DNA of 24,836 nucleotides from a virus (Duplodnaviria > Caudoviricetes): positions 1-24,836 of IMG/VR virus record IMGVR_UViG_3300049479_000063. One strand, written 5' to 3'. A program made the position numbers and the translations under genes. The notes beneath the pieces were generated by a model. That model was not told the DNA's origin. It searched no databases and saw nothing but the letters and a program-made list of their open reading frames with translations. Positions 8,645 to 17,646 of this stretch are shown piece after piece. Within the stretch, counting starts at the first letter, position 1. Every line of letters starts with the position of its first letter.

Positions 8645-8804
8645 AGACAATCTGCTACTGCTACAGCTTGGCGTTGCAAAGGAGCTTGGCTATAGCTTGG
8701 CTAGGCTCAATCAAGAGGTGACGCTAGAGGAGTTGCTCATCTGGAGCAGCTACTTTGAGCTTCAAAACGAAGAGCAGGAGCGTAGAATGAAGCAAAGGCG
8801 GTAG
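8619..8804 (+). CDS. Frameshift extension of tail assembly chaperone (gpT analogue); not in ORF track
   Basis: Open +1 frame without an early ATG: KALKKELSKDNLLLLQLGVAKELGYSLARLNQEVTLEELLIWSSYFELQNEEQERRMKQRR*; fills the gap up to the tape measure gene. Confidence 0.75.
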   Translation, partial: KALKKELSKDNLLLLQLGVAKELGYSLARLNQEVTLEELLIWSSYFELQNEEQERRMKQRR

Positions 8805-8813
8805 GGTTGCGCT

Positions 8814-11045
8814 GTGTCTGTCGTCGCTAATGTCGCCATCAATGTTGACAGCCGTAATGCCGTTAGCAAACTGCGCGAGGTACAGTCGCAAGCAGGCGCG
8901 ACAGAAAAGGCGTTTAATGGTGTTGCTGCTGCTGCCGGCAAGCTTGCAGTTGCTTTTGGCGCGCTGCAGGCATTTAAGTTTGTATTTGCCAAGACGGCTG
9001 AGCTAGAAAGCCAAACGCGCAGCCTTGAGGTATTGACCGGCAGCGCAGAAAAAGCTGGGCAGATCATCAAAGAGCTGCAACAGCTGGGCGCTGTAACGCC
9101 ATTCACTAGCACCGAGTTGATCGATTCGGCCAAGCGACTACAGGCGTTTGGCATACAGGCCGACAAGGTAGTTGAAACCACCAAGCGGCTGGCTGATGTC
9201 AGCGGCGCCACTGGTGCCGAACTGCAAGGCTTGGTGACCGCCTATGGCCAAGTGCAGGCCAAAGGCAGGCTGCAAGGCGAGGAGCTGCTGCAGTTCCAGG
9301 AGCGCGGCGTGGCACTGCAAGAAGAGCTGCGCAAGATGTATGGGCTATCTGGAGAGGAATTCCAGAAAGCATTGAGCAAAGGCCGCATTGGAGCCGAGGC
9401 GGTTGAGGTTGCGGTTATTCGGCTGACCAATGCAGGCGGCAAATACGCCAATGGCGCCATTGCGCAGAGTGATACGCTGGCCGGCAAATGGAGCACCCTG
9501 ACAGATGGCGTGGAAATGCTCGCCAAGACAATTGGCGAGACACTTAAACCTGCGCTGAAAGAGACTCTTGATTTTGCCACGATGGTGGTAGACAAAATCA
9601 ATCAAGCACTGGCCGGTCCTGATTACAAAAAAGCCAACGATCAATTATTTAACACACGCGCTCGAATCAAGGAACTCCAAGCAGCCATTAAGGCAGGAGA
9701 GGCTGCTGGAATCGGTACGCAATCCGGCGCTCCTGTTTTGGGCGTAGATGGGCAAGTGATGGGTGGCGGCCAGCCAGCATTACCTGGCATGAAATATGAA
9801 CTGCAGCAGCTGCAAAAAGAAGCTCAAAAACTTGAACAGAGGCTGGGCAGTCTGCGCCAACAGTCCAAACCAGATAAGCCTGCCGCTACTACACCTGCGA
9901 CCCCAGCACTGCTGCCAGAAACTGAGAAGGAGAAGCGCAGCAAAGCGCTCAACATTGACGACCTAATCGGCGGCAATATCGGACGCAGACTGCAAGAGCA
10001 GCAAGCAAGGTTGTCTGCGGCCACTGCAAAGATGATGAACACCGCAGCCGCAAGTGAGAATCCGCAGCAAGCGCAACGAATGGTTGAATACTCGTCGAAG
10101 CTGCTAAATATCAAATATCAGATCGGCGCGATTGATGAAACACTGACTAAACGGGCAGAAGTGCGGGCAGAAATTATCGCATCCGAGCAAGACAAGGCAC
10201 GTGCAGCCTTGGCTTTTGATGAAACCACCAATGATCTCAAAATAAAAAGACTCGGGCTCGAATTGGAGATCAATACGTTGCTTGCCGAGCAGACAGGCAA
10301 GGCAGAAGAGCAATACCGCCAGCAACAAGAGGCCATTGCTGATGCATTGGCCAACCTTGACATGCAAAGGATCAAGGTATCTGCTGTGACAGAAGCCCAG
10401 AAGCAGGCGCTGCAACTGCTGGAAATTGAGAACACACTTAAGAAGGCTGGCATCGTTCTAACCGATGCAGATAGGCAAGCGCTTGGCCTGAAAATTGCCG
10501 AGATTCAAAAGCTCACCAAAGAGCAAGAAGCGGCCAAAACTGCCGCCCAGCAGCTAAAAGATGTATACACCGATATTGGCATGTCTATCAAATCGGGCAT
10601 TGTTGATGCAATACAAGGCGCCGTTGATGGGACCAAGACACTAGGCGAAGTGGCTAGTGGCGTTTTGAAAAACATTGCTAACAAAGTGCTGGATGTCGCG
10701 ATCAACTTTGCCCTATTTGGTGCAATGTCCGGCACTGGCACCGGAGGCGGATTGCTGGGTGGCTTGTTTATGAAACGCGCCAACGGCGGACCCGTCACCG
10801 GTGGCTCGACATATCTTGTCGGCGAGCGTGGCCCTGAACTGTTCGTGCCTGGCCGCAGCGGGTCCATCGTGCCCAACGACAAGCTGGGCAGTGGCGGCAG
10901 CACCAGTGTTGTAGTGAACGTTGATGCCAGCGGCAGTAAAGTAGAAGGCAACGACCAACAGGGCAACCAACTGGGCCGCGTCATTGCTGCCGCCGTCCAG
11001 CAAGAACTCATCAAACAAAAACGCCCTGGAGGCTTGCTGGTGTAA
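8814..11045 (+). CDS. Tape measure protein
   Basis: 743 aa; tape-measure N-domain (TPFTSTELID...AYGQVQAKGRLQGEELLQFQERG), helical middle, C-terminal ANGGPV...VGERGPELFVP. Confidence 0.95.
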   Translation: MSVVANVAINVDSRNAVSKLREVQSQAGATEKAFNGVAAAAGKLAVAFGALQAFKFVFAKTAELESQTRSLEVLTGSAEKAGQIIKELQQLGAVTPFTSTELIDSAKRLQAFGIQADKVVETTKRLADVSGATGAELQGLVTAYGQVQAKGRLQGEELLQFQERGVALQEELRKMYGLSGEEFQKALSKGRIGAEAVEVAVIRLTNAGGKYANGAIAQSDTLAGKWSTLTDGVEMLAKTIGETLKPALKETLDFATMVVDKINQALAGPDYKKANDQLFNTRARIKELQAAIKAGEAAGIGTQSGAPVLGVDGQVMGGGQPALPGMKYELQQLQKEAQKLEQRLGSLRQQSKPDKPAATTPATPALLPETEKEKRSKALNIDDLIGGNIGRRLQEQQARLSAATAKMMNTAAASENPQQAQRMVEYSSKLLNIKYQIGAIDETLTKRAEVRAEIIASEQDKARAALAFDETTNDLKIKRLGLELEINTLLAEQTGKAEEQYRQQQEAIADALANLDMQRIKVSAVTEAQKQALQLLEIENTLKKAGIVLTDADRQALGLKIAEIQKLTKEQEAAKTAAQQLKDVYTDIGMSIKSGIVDAIQGAVDGTKTLGEVASGVLKNIANKVLDVAINFALFGAMSGTGTGGGLLGGLFMKRANGGPVTGGSTYLVGERGPELFVPGRSGSIVPNDKLGSGGSTSVVVNVDASGSKVEGNDQQGNQLGRVIAAAVQQELIKQKRPGGLLV

Positions 11046-11386
11046 TGGCTACCTTCCCTAACTACAAACCGACGTATTCGGCCACCAAAAGCAGCGAGCC
11101 AAAGATTCGCACTACGCAATTTGGCGACGGTTACCAGCAGCGCGTCACGTTCGGCCTCAACCAAAACCCCAAGGAATGGCGATTGTCTTTTAACGTAACC
11201 GACGATGACGCCGATGTCATCGAAGCATTCCTAGACGCTCGGGCCGCTGATGCCGCTTCTTTCACTTGGACCCCTCCAGGTGAAGCCGTCAGCTACAAGT
11301 GGATTTGCCCTAGCTGGACGCGCGAGCTATTTGATTTTGATCGCAGCAAGATTGACGCGACCTTCACGCAGGTATTTGAGCCGTGA
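11045..11386 (+). CDS. Distal tail protein (lambda gpM-like)
   Basis: QFGDGYQQR..GLN, FL.AR...[16 protein letters not shown]. Confidence 0.92.
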   Translation: MATFPNYKPTYSATKSSEPKIRTTQFGDGYQQRVTFGLNQNPKEWRLSFNVTDDDADVIEAFLDARAADAASFTWTPPGEAVSYKWICPSWTRELFDFDRSKIDATFTQVFEP

Positions 11387-12105
11387 CCGTCCCCGTTTCT
11401 GATCTTCAGGCAATCGCGCCCAGCGCCGTTATCGAGCTATTCGTGCTGGAGCTGAACGTTCCGCAACACGGCGTAGCCGACATTTACCGCTTCCACGCTG
11501 GCACCAACCTGAATGCCGGCGGGCAATTGGTGTGGGCCGGCAATAGCTACCTCCGGTTTCCCATTGAGGCAGACGGTTTTGCTTATGAAGGCAAGGGTTC
11601 GTTGCCGCGTCCACGCCTGCGCTGCAGCAACATCATGGGCACCATCACCGCAATCCTGCTGACCTTGCCAAAGGGCCTGGAAGGTGCCAAGGTGTCCCGG
11701 ATCCGCACCCTGGCCCGCTACATCGATGCGGTGAACTTCCCCGGTGACGTCAACCCTTACGGCACCCCGGACCCGACAGCAGAGTTTCCACGCGAGGTCT
11801 ACTACATCGACCGCAAGTCAGTCGAAACCCGCGATGCGGTGGAGTTTGAACTTGCAGCAGCATTTGACCTGATCGGGGTACGTGCACCCCGACGCCAGTG
11901 CATCAGCAACATTTGCCAGTGGGCCTACAGGTCTGCAGAGTGTAGCTACACCGGCACTTCCTACTACAACGAAAACGATCAAAGCGTCGCCACCGCGCCA
12001 GAAGATGTCTGCGGCAAACGATTGAGCAGCTGCCAAATCCGCTTTGGCTCAACAGCCCCGTTGCCCTTTGGCTCATTCCCCGGCGTGGGCACCTACTCCT
12101 CATGA
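11383..12105 (+). CDS. Minor tail protein L (lambda gpL-like)
   Basis: [27 protein letters not shown]-terminal Cys set (CQW.YRSAEC...[10 protein letters not shown]) matching the gpL Fe-S ligands. Confidence 0.93.
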   Translation: MTVPVSDLQAIAPSAVIELFVLELNVPQHGVADIYRFHAGTNLNAGGQLVWAGNSYLRFPIEADGFAYEGKGSLPRPRLRCSNIMGTITAILLTLPKGLEGAKVSRIRTLARYIDAVNFPGDVNPYGTPDPTAEFPREVYYIDRKSVETRDAVEFELAAAFDLIGVRAPRRQCISNICQWAYRSAECSYTGTSYYNENDQSVATAPEDVCGKRLSSCQIRFGSTAPLPFGSFPGVGTYSS

Positions 12106-12821
12106 CCTGGCGTACCGCAGCACTTGATCACGCCAAGGCCGAGGATCCACGCGAAGCCTGCGGGCTGCTGGTGGTGGTCAAAGGCCGCGAACGCTACTGG
12201 CCGTGCCAGAACCTCTGCACCGGTGCAGACCAGTTCATCCTCAACCCGGATGACTACGCAGCCGCCGAAGATGCCGGCGAAATCATCGCGGTGGTCCATA
12301 GCCATCCGGTCACCCCGCCACAACCCAGCGGCCCTGATCTGGTGGCCTGCGAAAACAGCGGCCTACCGTGGCATATCGTCAACCCCAAAACCGAGGTGTG
12401 GGGCGGCTGCGAACCATCCGGCTACAAGGCACCCCTAGTCGGCCGCGAATGGGCATGGGGCATTACCGACTGCTGGACGCTGGCCCGTGACTGGTACGTC
12501 GAGCATGGCCTGCAACTACCCGACTGGGAGCGCCCGCTGACGCCAGAGGCATTTGAGGCAGATCCCCTGTTTGATCGCTACTGGAAAGAAGCCGGCTTCC
12601 GCGAGCTGGCCGAAGAGGAAGAGCTGCAGCCCCGCGATGCGCTGCTCATGAACATCAGCGGTTCCGGCCTCAATCACGTCGGCGTTTACATCGGCGACCA
12701 GCTGGTGCTGCACCACATTCGCGGCCGGCTCAGTAGTCGCGACATGTACGGCGGCTGGCTGCAGAAATGCACTGGCCGCCGTCTCCGCCATTACGATGCA
12801 GGGAGGCTAGAGCTGACGTGA
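12102..12821 (+). CDS. Tail assembly protein K (JAB/MPN + NlpC/P60)
   Basis: PREACGL, VVHSHP..PS..D; DCWTL..DWY, NHVGVY, LHH. Confidence 0.93.
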   Translation: MTWRTAALDHAKAEDPREACGLLVVVKGRERYWPCQNLCTGADQFILNPDDYAAAEDAGEIIAVVHSHPVTPPQPSGPDLVACENSGLPWHIVNPKTEVWGGCEPSGYKAPLVGREWAWGITDCWTLARDWYVEHGLQLPDWERPLTPEAFEADPLFDRYWKEAGFRELAEEEELQPRDALLMNISGSGLNHVGVYIGDQLVLHHIRGRLSSRDMYGGWLQKCTGRRLRHYDAGRLELT

Positions 12822-13420
12822 TGTTGCGCACAATCCGCATCTACGGGCGCTTGGCCAAGTTCCTGAAGCGCCGCAAGTTTAAAGCCGAAGTTTCCAACGC
12901 AGCTGAGGCTGTGCGCTTCCTTGTAACCAACTTCCCCCAGCTGGAACGCCACATGGCAGAACAGCATTACCGCGTAAGCGTCGGCAGATACGACCTATCG
13001 CTTGACGAGATCCACGATCCAGCCGGCAGCCAAGAGATCAAGATCGTGCCAGTGGTGGCCGGCGCTGGCGCTACGGGGCGGATTCTTGTTGGCGTCGGCT
13101 TAATTGCTGCTGCCTTTTTTACAGGTGGTGCAACTATTGGCCTGCTGGGCCTTGCGGCCCCACTTTCCGTTAGCACTGTCCTTGCTGGTATCGGCGTTTC
13201 TCTAGTGCTTGGCGGCGTAGCCCAGCTGCTTACACCTGTCCCAACACTCAGCACCCCCTCAACGGTTGACACCGCCAAGGACCCCCGCAAGAGTTATTCC
13301 TTTAGTGGAATACAAAACACCAGCCGCCAAGGCACTCCAGTGCCCATCGTTTACGGCGAGACACTGGTGGGCTCAATTGTGATTTCAGCAGGCATCGACA
13401 CTGAACAGGTGACGGCATGA
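12821..13420 (+). CDS. Tail assembly protein I (lambda gpI-like)
   Basis: IRIYGRLAKF, IKIVPVVAGAG, hydrophobic Gly-rich middle, NTSRQGTPVPIVYGE. Start moved from 12767 to ATG 12821 (TGATG coupling, GGAGG at 12802). Confidence 0.9.
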   Translation: MLRTIRIYGRLAKFLKRRKFKAEVSNAAEAVRFLVTNFPQLERHMAEQHYRVSVGRYDLSLDEIHDPAGSQEIKIVPVVAGAGATGRILVGVGLIAAAFFTGGATIGLLGLAAPLSVSTVLAGIGVSLVLGGVAQLLTPVPTLSTPSTVDTAKDPRKSYSFSGIQNTSRQGTPVPIVYGETLVGSIVISAGIDTEQVTA

Positions 13421-16400
13421 AACGGATTGGCGGTTCTGGTGGCGGTGGCGGTGGCGGCAAAGACCGCAGCAGTGGCGGTGGTCCGCAGACCTATACGCCC
13501 ACCGAAGCTGCCGACACGCTCAACTCAAGGCAGTATGCCAACCTCATCGACCTCATCAGCGAAGGCGAAATCCAAGGGCTCAAAGACGGCCACAAATCTA
13601 TCTTCATCAATAACACTCCCCTACAAAATCAAGACAACTCATACAACTTCAACAACGTAACAGTCTGGACACGCAACGGAACACAGAACCAGGACTACAT
13701 CCCAACTGTTGACGCTGTTGAGAACGAGGTCGCTGTTGGCGTAACAGTTCTCCAGGCAACGCCAGTCGTTCGCAGTATCACAGACACCGCAGTCGATGCC
13801 GTCCGCGTCACCATCAACATTCCTGCCCTGCAGCGAATCACGGATCAGGGTGACATTGTTGGCAGTGTTTTCAGATTTCAAATCTCCACGCAATACTCAG
13901 GCGGGGGTTACACCGTTGTTGTTGATGACGTAATCAGAGGCCGGACAGCCGATCTATACCAGCGCGATTACCTAATCACACTGACTGGATCCAAACCTGT
14001 CAATATCAAGGTGACTCGCATCACCGACGACAACTCAGAGCAGGACGCCCCAGGGGGCGAATCAGTAAAAATCACAAACGCCTTCAGCTGGTCGAGCTAC
14101 ACCGAAATCACTTACGCAAAGCTGCGCTACCCCAACAGCGCTTTGGTGGCAGTACGCATCGACGCTGAGCAATTCAACTCCATCCCTTCGCGCTCCTTCT
14201 TGGTGCGTGGCATCAAGGTCCGCATCCCCAACAACGCCACTGTCGATTCAGTTACCGGCCGCCTGATCTATGCAGGCGTGTGGAATGGCAGCTTTGGTGC
14301 TGCGCAATGGTGCAGCGACCCCGCCTGGATCTTGTGGGATCTGCTCACCTCAACCCGCTACGGATTCGGCCAGCACATCAGTGCCGCGCAGCTGGACAAG
14401 TGGGCCTTCTACTCCGCAAGCCAGTATTGCGCTGAACTGGTACCTGACGGCTTCGGCGGTCAAGAGCCCCGCTTCTCCTGCAACATCAACATCCAAACGC
14501 AGGAAGACGCCTACAAGCTGATCAATGACATGTGTTCGGTGTTCCGGGCCATGCCCTACTGGAGCACTGGGGCGCTGACCATCAGCCAAGACCGCCCCGC
14601 TGACTCCGCCTATCTATTCACGCTGGCGAACGTCTCTGAGGAGGGTTTCAGCTATTCGGGCAGCAGTCTAAAGACACGGCCAAATGTAGCCGTAGTGAGC
14701 TACTTAGATCTTGAGCTGAGAGATATCAGCTACGAGGTCGTCGAGGACCAAGCATCGATCTCTAAGTACGGCGCCATCACCACCGAGATCAGCGCCTTTG
14801 CCTGCACCAGTCGTGGGCAAGCTGGTCGAATTGGGGAGTGGCTTCTCTACTCGGAGCAATACGAAGGCGAGGTAATCAGCTTCTCCGCCAGCATCGACGC
14901 CGGTGTGGTGGTGCGGACTGGCCAGATCATCGAGGTCAGCGACCCCGTGCGAGCTGGCGCCCGTCGCGGTGGCCGCATTGCCTCCGCAACTACCACCGCA
15001 ATCACCGTCGATGACGCAACCGGCCTGACATCGAGCGGCGCCACGCTATCTGTCATCCTCCCGGATGGCACGGTGGCCGCCCGCAGCGTCGCCAGTATCG
15101 CCGGCAAGGTCATCAACCTCACCTCTGCCCTGCCCACGGCACCCAACGCCAACAGCATCTGGATCCTCGAAACCGCTTCAATCCAGACTTCGACCTGGCG
15201 CGTGATCAGCGTTGCCGAGCAAGATCAGGCTACCTATCAGATCTCGGCCCTCGCCTACAACTCAAGCAAGTACGCCTACGTGGAGCGAGGCCGGCCCCTT
15301 GAGGTTCGCGACACAACTGATCTCAACGAGATACCCGACGCACCAGCCAGCCTCTCATTTGAGGAAGCGCTCTACAGCTACCAGAACCAGATCCGCGCCA
15401 AGGTAATTGTTTCTTGGCCGGCGGTACTTGGCATTGCCCAGTACCGGGTGAAGTGGCGCAAAGACAGCGCCAACTGGGCCGTGGTCGATGTGCTGACCAA
15501 CGACTACGAAATCCTCGACATCACACCCGGCCTATTTGAGGTGCAGGTGTTCTCCATGAGCGCTGCTCTGAAGCTGTCCACCACAGCAGCCACCGGCAGC
15601 ATCACGGCACTTGGCAAGACAGCCGCGCCTTCCAACGTGACTGGCTTCTCATCAGTCCTTGACGGCAACATCGGTGCCACCCTGATCTGGAACCCCGTCC
15701 CCGACCTCGATCTCAGCGAATACGAAATCAGGCAGGGCACAGTCTGGGCGTCCGCCACCTTCGTCACCAACGTGGCCGCCACCAGTTACAAACTCGGCCA
15801 GCTGGCTCCCGGTACGCGCAGCTACATGATCCGCGCCATCGACACCTCAGGTGTCTACAGCGCCGCAGCTGCCAGCACCACCGTCACCATCACTTCACCT
15901 TCAACACCGAGCGTCACCGCCACAGTGGCCGGCGACTTGGTGACACTCAGCTGGCCAGCCTCTACCGCCAGCTATGCCATTGCCGCCTATGTGGTCCGGT
16001 CCAGCGCCGGTGCCATTGGCGAAATCAAGACCACCACCACCTCGCTACCGATCATCTGGAACGGCGTGCGGACTTTCTACGTAAAAGCGGTGGACTTGGC
16101 CGGCAACGAGAGCGCCGAAGGTTCAGCAGCAGTCACAATCACCCAAGCCGCCGCGCCAACTGTCTCCGTTTCTTACACAGGCCAAAACGCCGTACTGACT
16201 TGGAGCGAAGTAAACGGTACGACAAAAACGCGCTTTTACCGAATTGCACGCAACGACGCAACTGTTGCAATTTTGCAATCTACAAGCTACACCACGCGTA
16301 TCGACTGGACAGGTTCGCAGACATTTACCGTCCAAGCTGTTGACGCAAACAATAATCTTGGCGCTGCTGCAACTGTTGCTATCGCCCCCACGGCACCACC

Positions 16401-17643
16401 AGCTCCTAATGTGCAAAATACTTTCAGGGGCGAGCAGGTTCTGTTGAGCTGGGATCCCGTGCAGGGCAGCCTCGAAACGGCCTATTACAAAGTGCTCAGG
16501 GGCAACACCTTTGCATCAGCTACCTTATTGGCTGAAATCAAGTCCACTACCTACAGCTTGAAGGTTGACTGGACAGGCACGCAGCGATTCTGGGTAGCGG
16601 CAGTTGACGTTATCGGCAAACAAGGCCCCGAGCAATTCCAAGACGTAGTGGTCACATCACCATCGGCGCCTGTGATCAGCCAGCAAGTGATTGACAACAA
16701 CGTGTTGCTGCGCTGGACCGATTCAACACAAACGCTGCCCATCGTCTACTACGAACTACGCCGCGGCACTACCTACGCAGGCGGCACCTCGGTCGGCACC
16801 AAACAGGGGCTGTTCACCACGGTATTCGAGACCGTCTCTGGCGCCTACACCTACTGGCTGGCGGGCATCGACAGTGCAGGCAACGAAGGCACCCCGGCCA
16901 GTGTCTCCGCCCTCGTCAACCAGCCTCCGGATTACATCCTGCGCTCGGACATCAACAGCACCTTTAGCGGCACCTCCACCAACCTGACGCCCAATGGCAC
17001 GGGCCTGCTGGCAACGGTAGATACGACAGAAACTTGGCAGTCGCACTTCACCTCCCGCGGCTGGAGCACACTGCAGGACCAAGTGAGCGCTGGCTTCACC
17101 ATCTACGCCATGCCGTCTACCACCACCGGCAGCTACGTCGAGGAGTTCGACTACAGCACCGTGCTGGCTGGCACGAAAATCACCTCAACCCTCACGCGTC
17201 AGACGGTGGCCGGTTCTGTGACGGTAACCCCAGCGATCAGCGTAAAAACCGCATCTGGCGACCCTTGGACCGACTACGCAAACCAAGAGTCCATCTATGC
17301 CACCAACTTCCGCTACGTGAAGGTCCGTTACGACTTCACCAGTGCTGGCGGCGATGACCTGCTGCAGCTCAGTGGACTGAACGTCCGCCTCGACATCAAG
17401 ATCAAGAACGACATGGGCAATGGCACGGCAAACTCTGCGGATACTGGTGGAACGACGGTCAACTTCAATGTGCCGTTTGTGGATATTGAAAGCATTGGTG
17501 TCACACCAAGCGGAACGACGCCCAGAATCGCGATCTATGATTTTGTGGACGTCGCCAATCCCACCAGCTTCAAGGTGCTGCTGTTCGACACTGCGGGCAA
17601 CCGTGTGAGCGGCGCCTTCAGCTGGCAAGCCCGAGGAAGCTAA
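13417..17643 (+). CDS. Tail tip / host specificity protein J with tandem FN3-like domains
   Basis: DLISEGEIQGL, LRYPNSA, WCSDPAWILWDLLT..RYG, EPRFSCN, FACTSRGQA; repeated P.V....V.L.W units in the C-terminal half. Confidence 0.93.
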   Translation: MKRIGGSGGGGGGGKDRSSGGGPQTYTPTEAADTLNSRQYANLIDLISEGEIQGLKDGHKSIFINNTPLQNQDNSYNFNNVTVWTRNGTQNQDYIPTVDAVENEVAVGVTVLQATPVVRSITDTAVDAVRVTINIPALQRITDQGDIVGSVFRFQISTQYSGGGYTVVVDDVIRGRTADLYQRDYLITLTGSKPVNIKVTRITDDNSEQDAPGGESVKITNAFSWSSYTEITYAKLRYPNSALVAVRIDAEQFNSIPSRSFLVRGIKVRIPNNATVDSVTGRLIYAGVWNGSFGAAQWCSDPAWILWDLLTSTRYGFGQHISAAQLDKWAFYSASQYCAELVPDGFGGQEPRFSCNINIQTQEDAYKLINDMCSVFRAMPYWSTGALTISQDRPADSAYLFTLANVSEEGFSYSGSSLKTRPNVAVVSYLDLELRDISYEVVEDQASISKYGAITTEISAFACTSRGQAGRIGEWLLYSEQYEGEVISFSASIDAGVVVRTGQIIEVSDPVRAGARRGGRIASATTTAITVDDATGLTSSGATLSVILPDGTVAARSVASIAGKVINLTSALPTAPNANSIWILETASIQTSTWRVISVAEQDQATYQISALAYNSSKYAYVERGRPLEVRDTTDLNEIPDAPASLSFEEALYSYQNQIRAKVIVSWPAVLGIAQYRVKWRKDSANWAVVDVLTNDYEILDITPGLFEVQVFSMSAALKLSTTAATGSITALGKTAAPSNVTGFSSVLDGNIGATLIWNPVPDLDLSEYEIRQGTVWASATFVTNVAATSYKLGQLAPGTRSYMIRAIDTSGVYSAAAASTTVTITSPSTPSVTATVAGDLVTLSWPASTASYAIAAYVVRSSAGAIGEIKTTTTSLPIIWNGVRTFYVKAVDLAGNESAEGSAAVTITQAAAPTVSVSYTGQNAVLTWSEVNGTTKTRFYRIARNDATVAILQSTSYTTRIDWTGSQTFTVQAVDANNNLGAAATVAIAPTAPPAPNVQNTFRGEQVLLSWDPVQGSLETAYYKVLRGNTFASATLLAEIKSTTYSLKVDWTGTQRFWVAAVDVIGKQGPEQFQDVVVTSPSAPVISQQVIDNNVLLRWTDSTQTLPIVYYELRRGTTYAGGTSVGTKQGLFTTVFETVSGAYTYWLAGIDSAGNEGTPASVSALVNQPPDYILRSDINSTFSGTSTNLTPNGTGLLATVDTTETWQSHFTSRGWSTLQDQVSAGFTIYAMPSTTTGSYVEEFDYSTVLAGTKITSTLTRQTVAGSVTVTPAISVKTASGDPWTDYANQESIYATNFRYVKVRYDFTSAGGDDLLQLSGLNVRLDIKIKNDMGNGTANSADTGGTTVNFNVPFVDIESIGVTPSGTTPRIAIYDFVDVANPTSFKVLLFDTAGNRVSGAFSWQARGS

Positions 17644-17646
17644 GCC

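Noticed and set aside
12767-12820. N-terminal extension of gpI in the ORF track
   Set aside because: Overlaps gpK; the RBS and TGATG coupling support a start at 12818 or 12821.
13429-13482. GGCGGT-type repeats at the start of J
   Set aside because: Simply encode the common Gly-rich N-terminus of J proteins.
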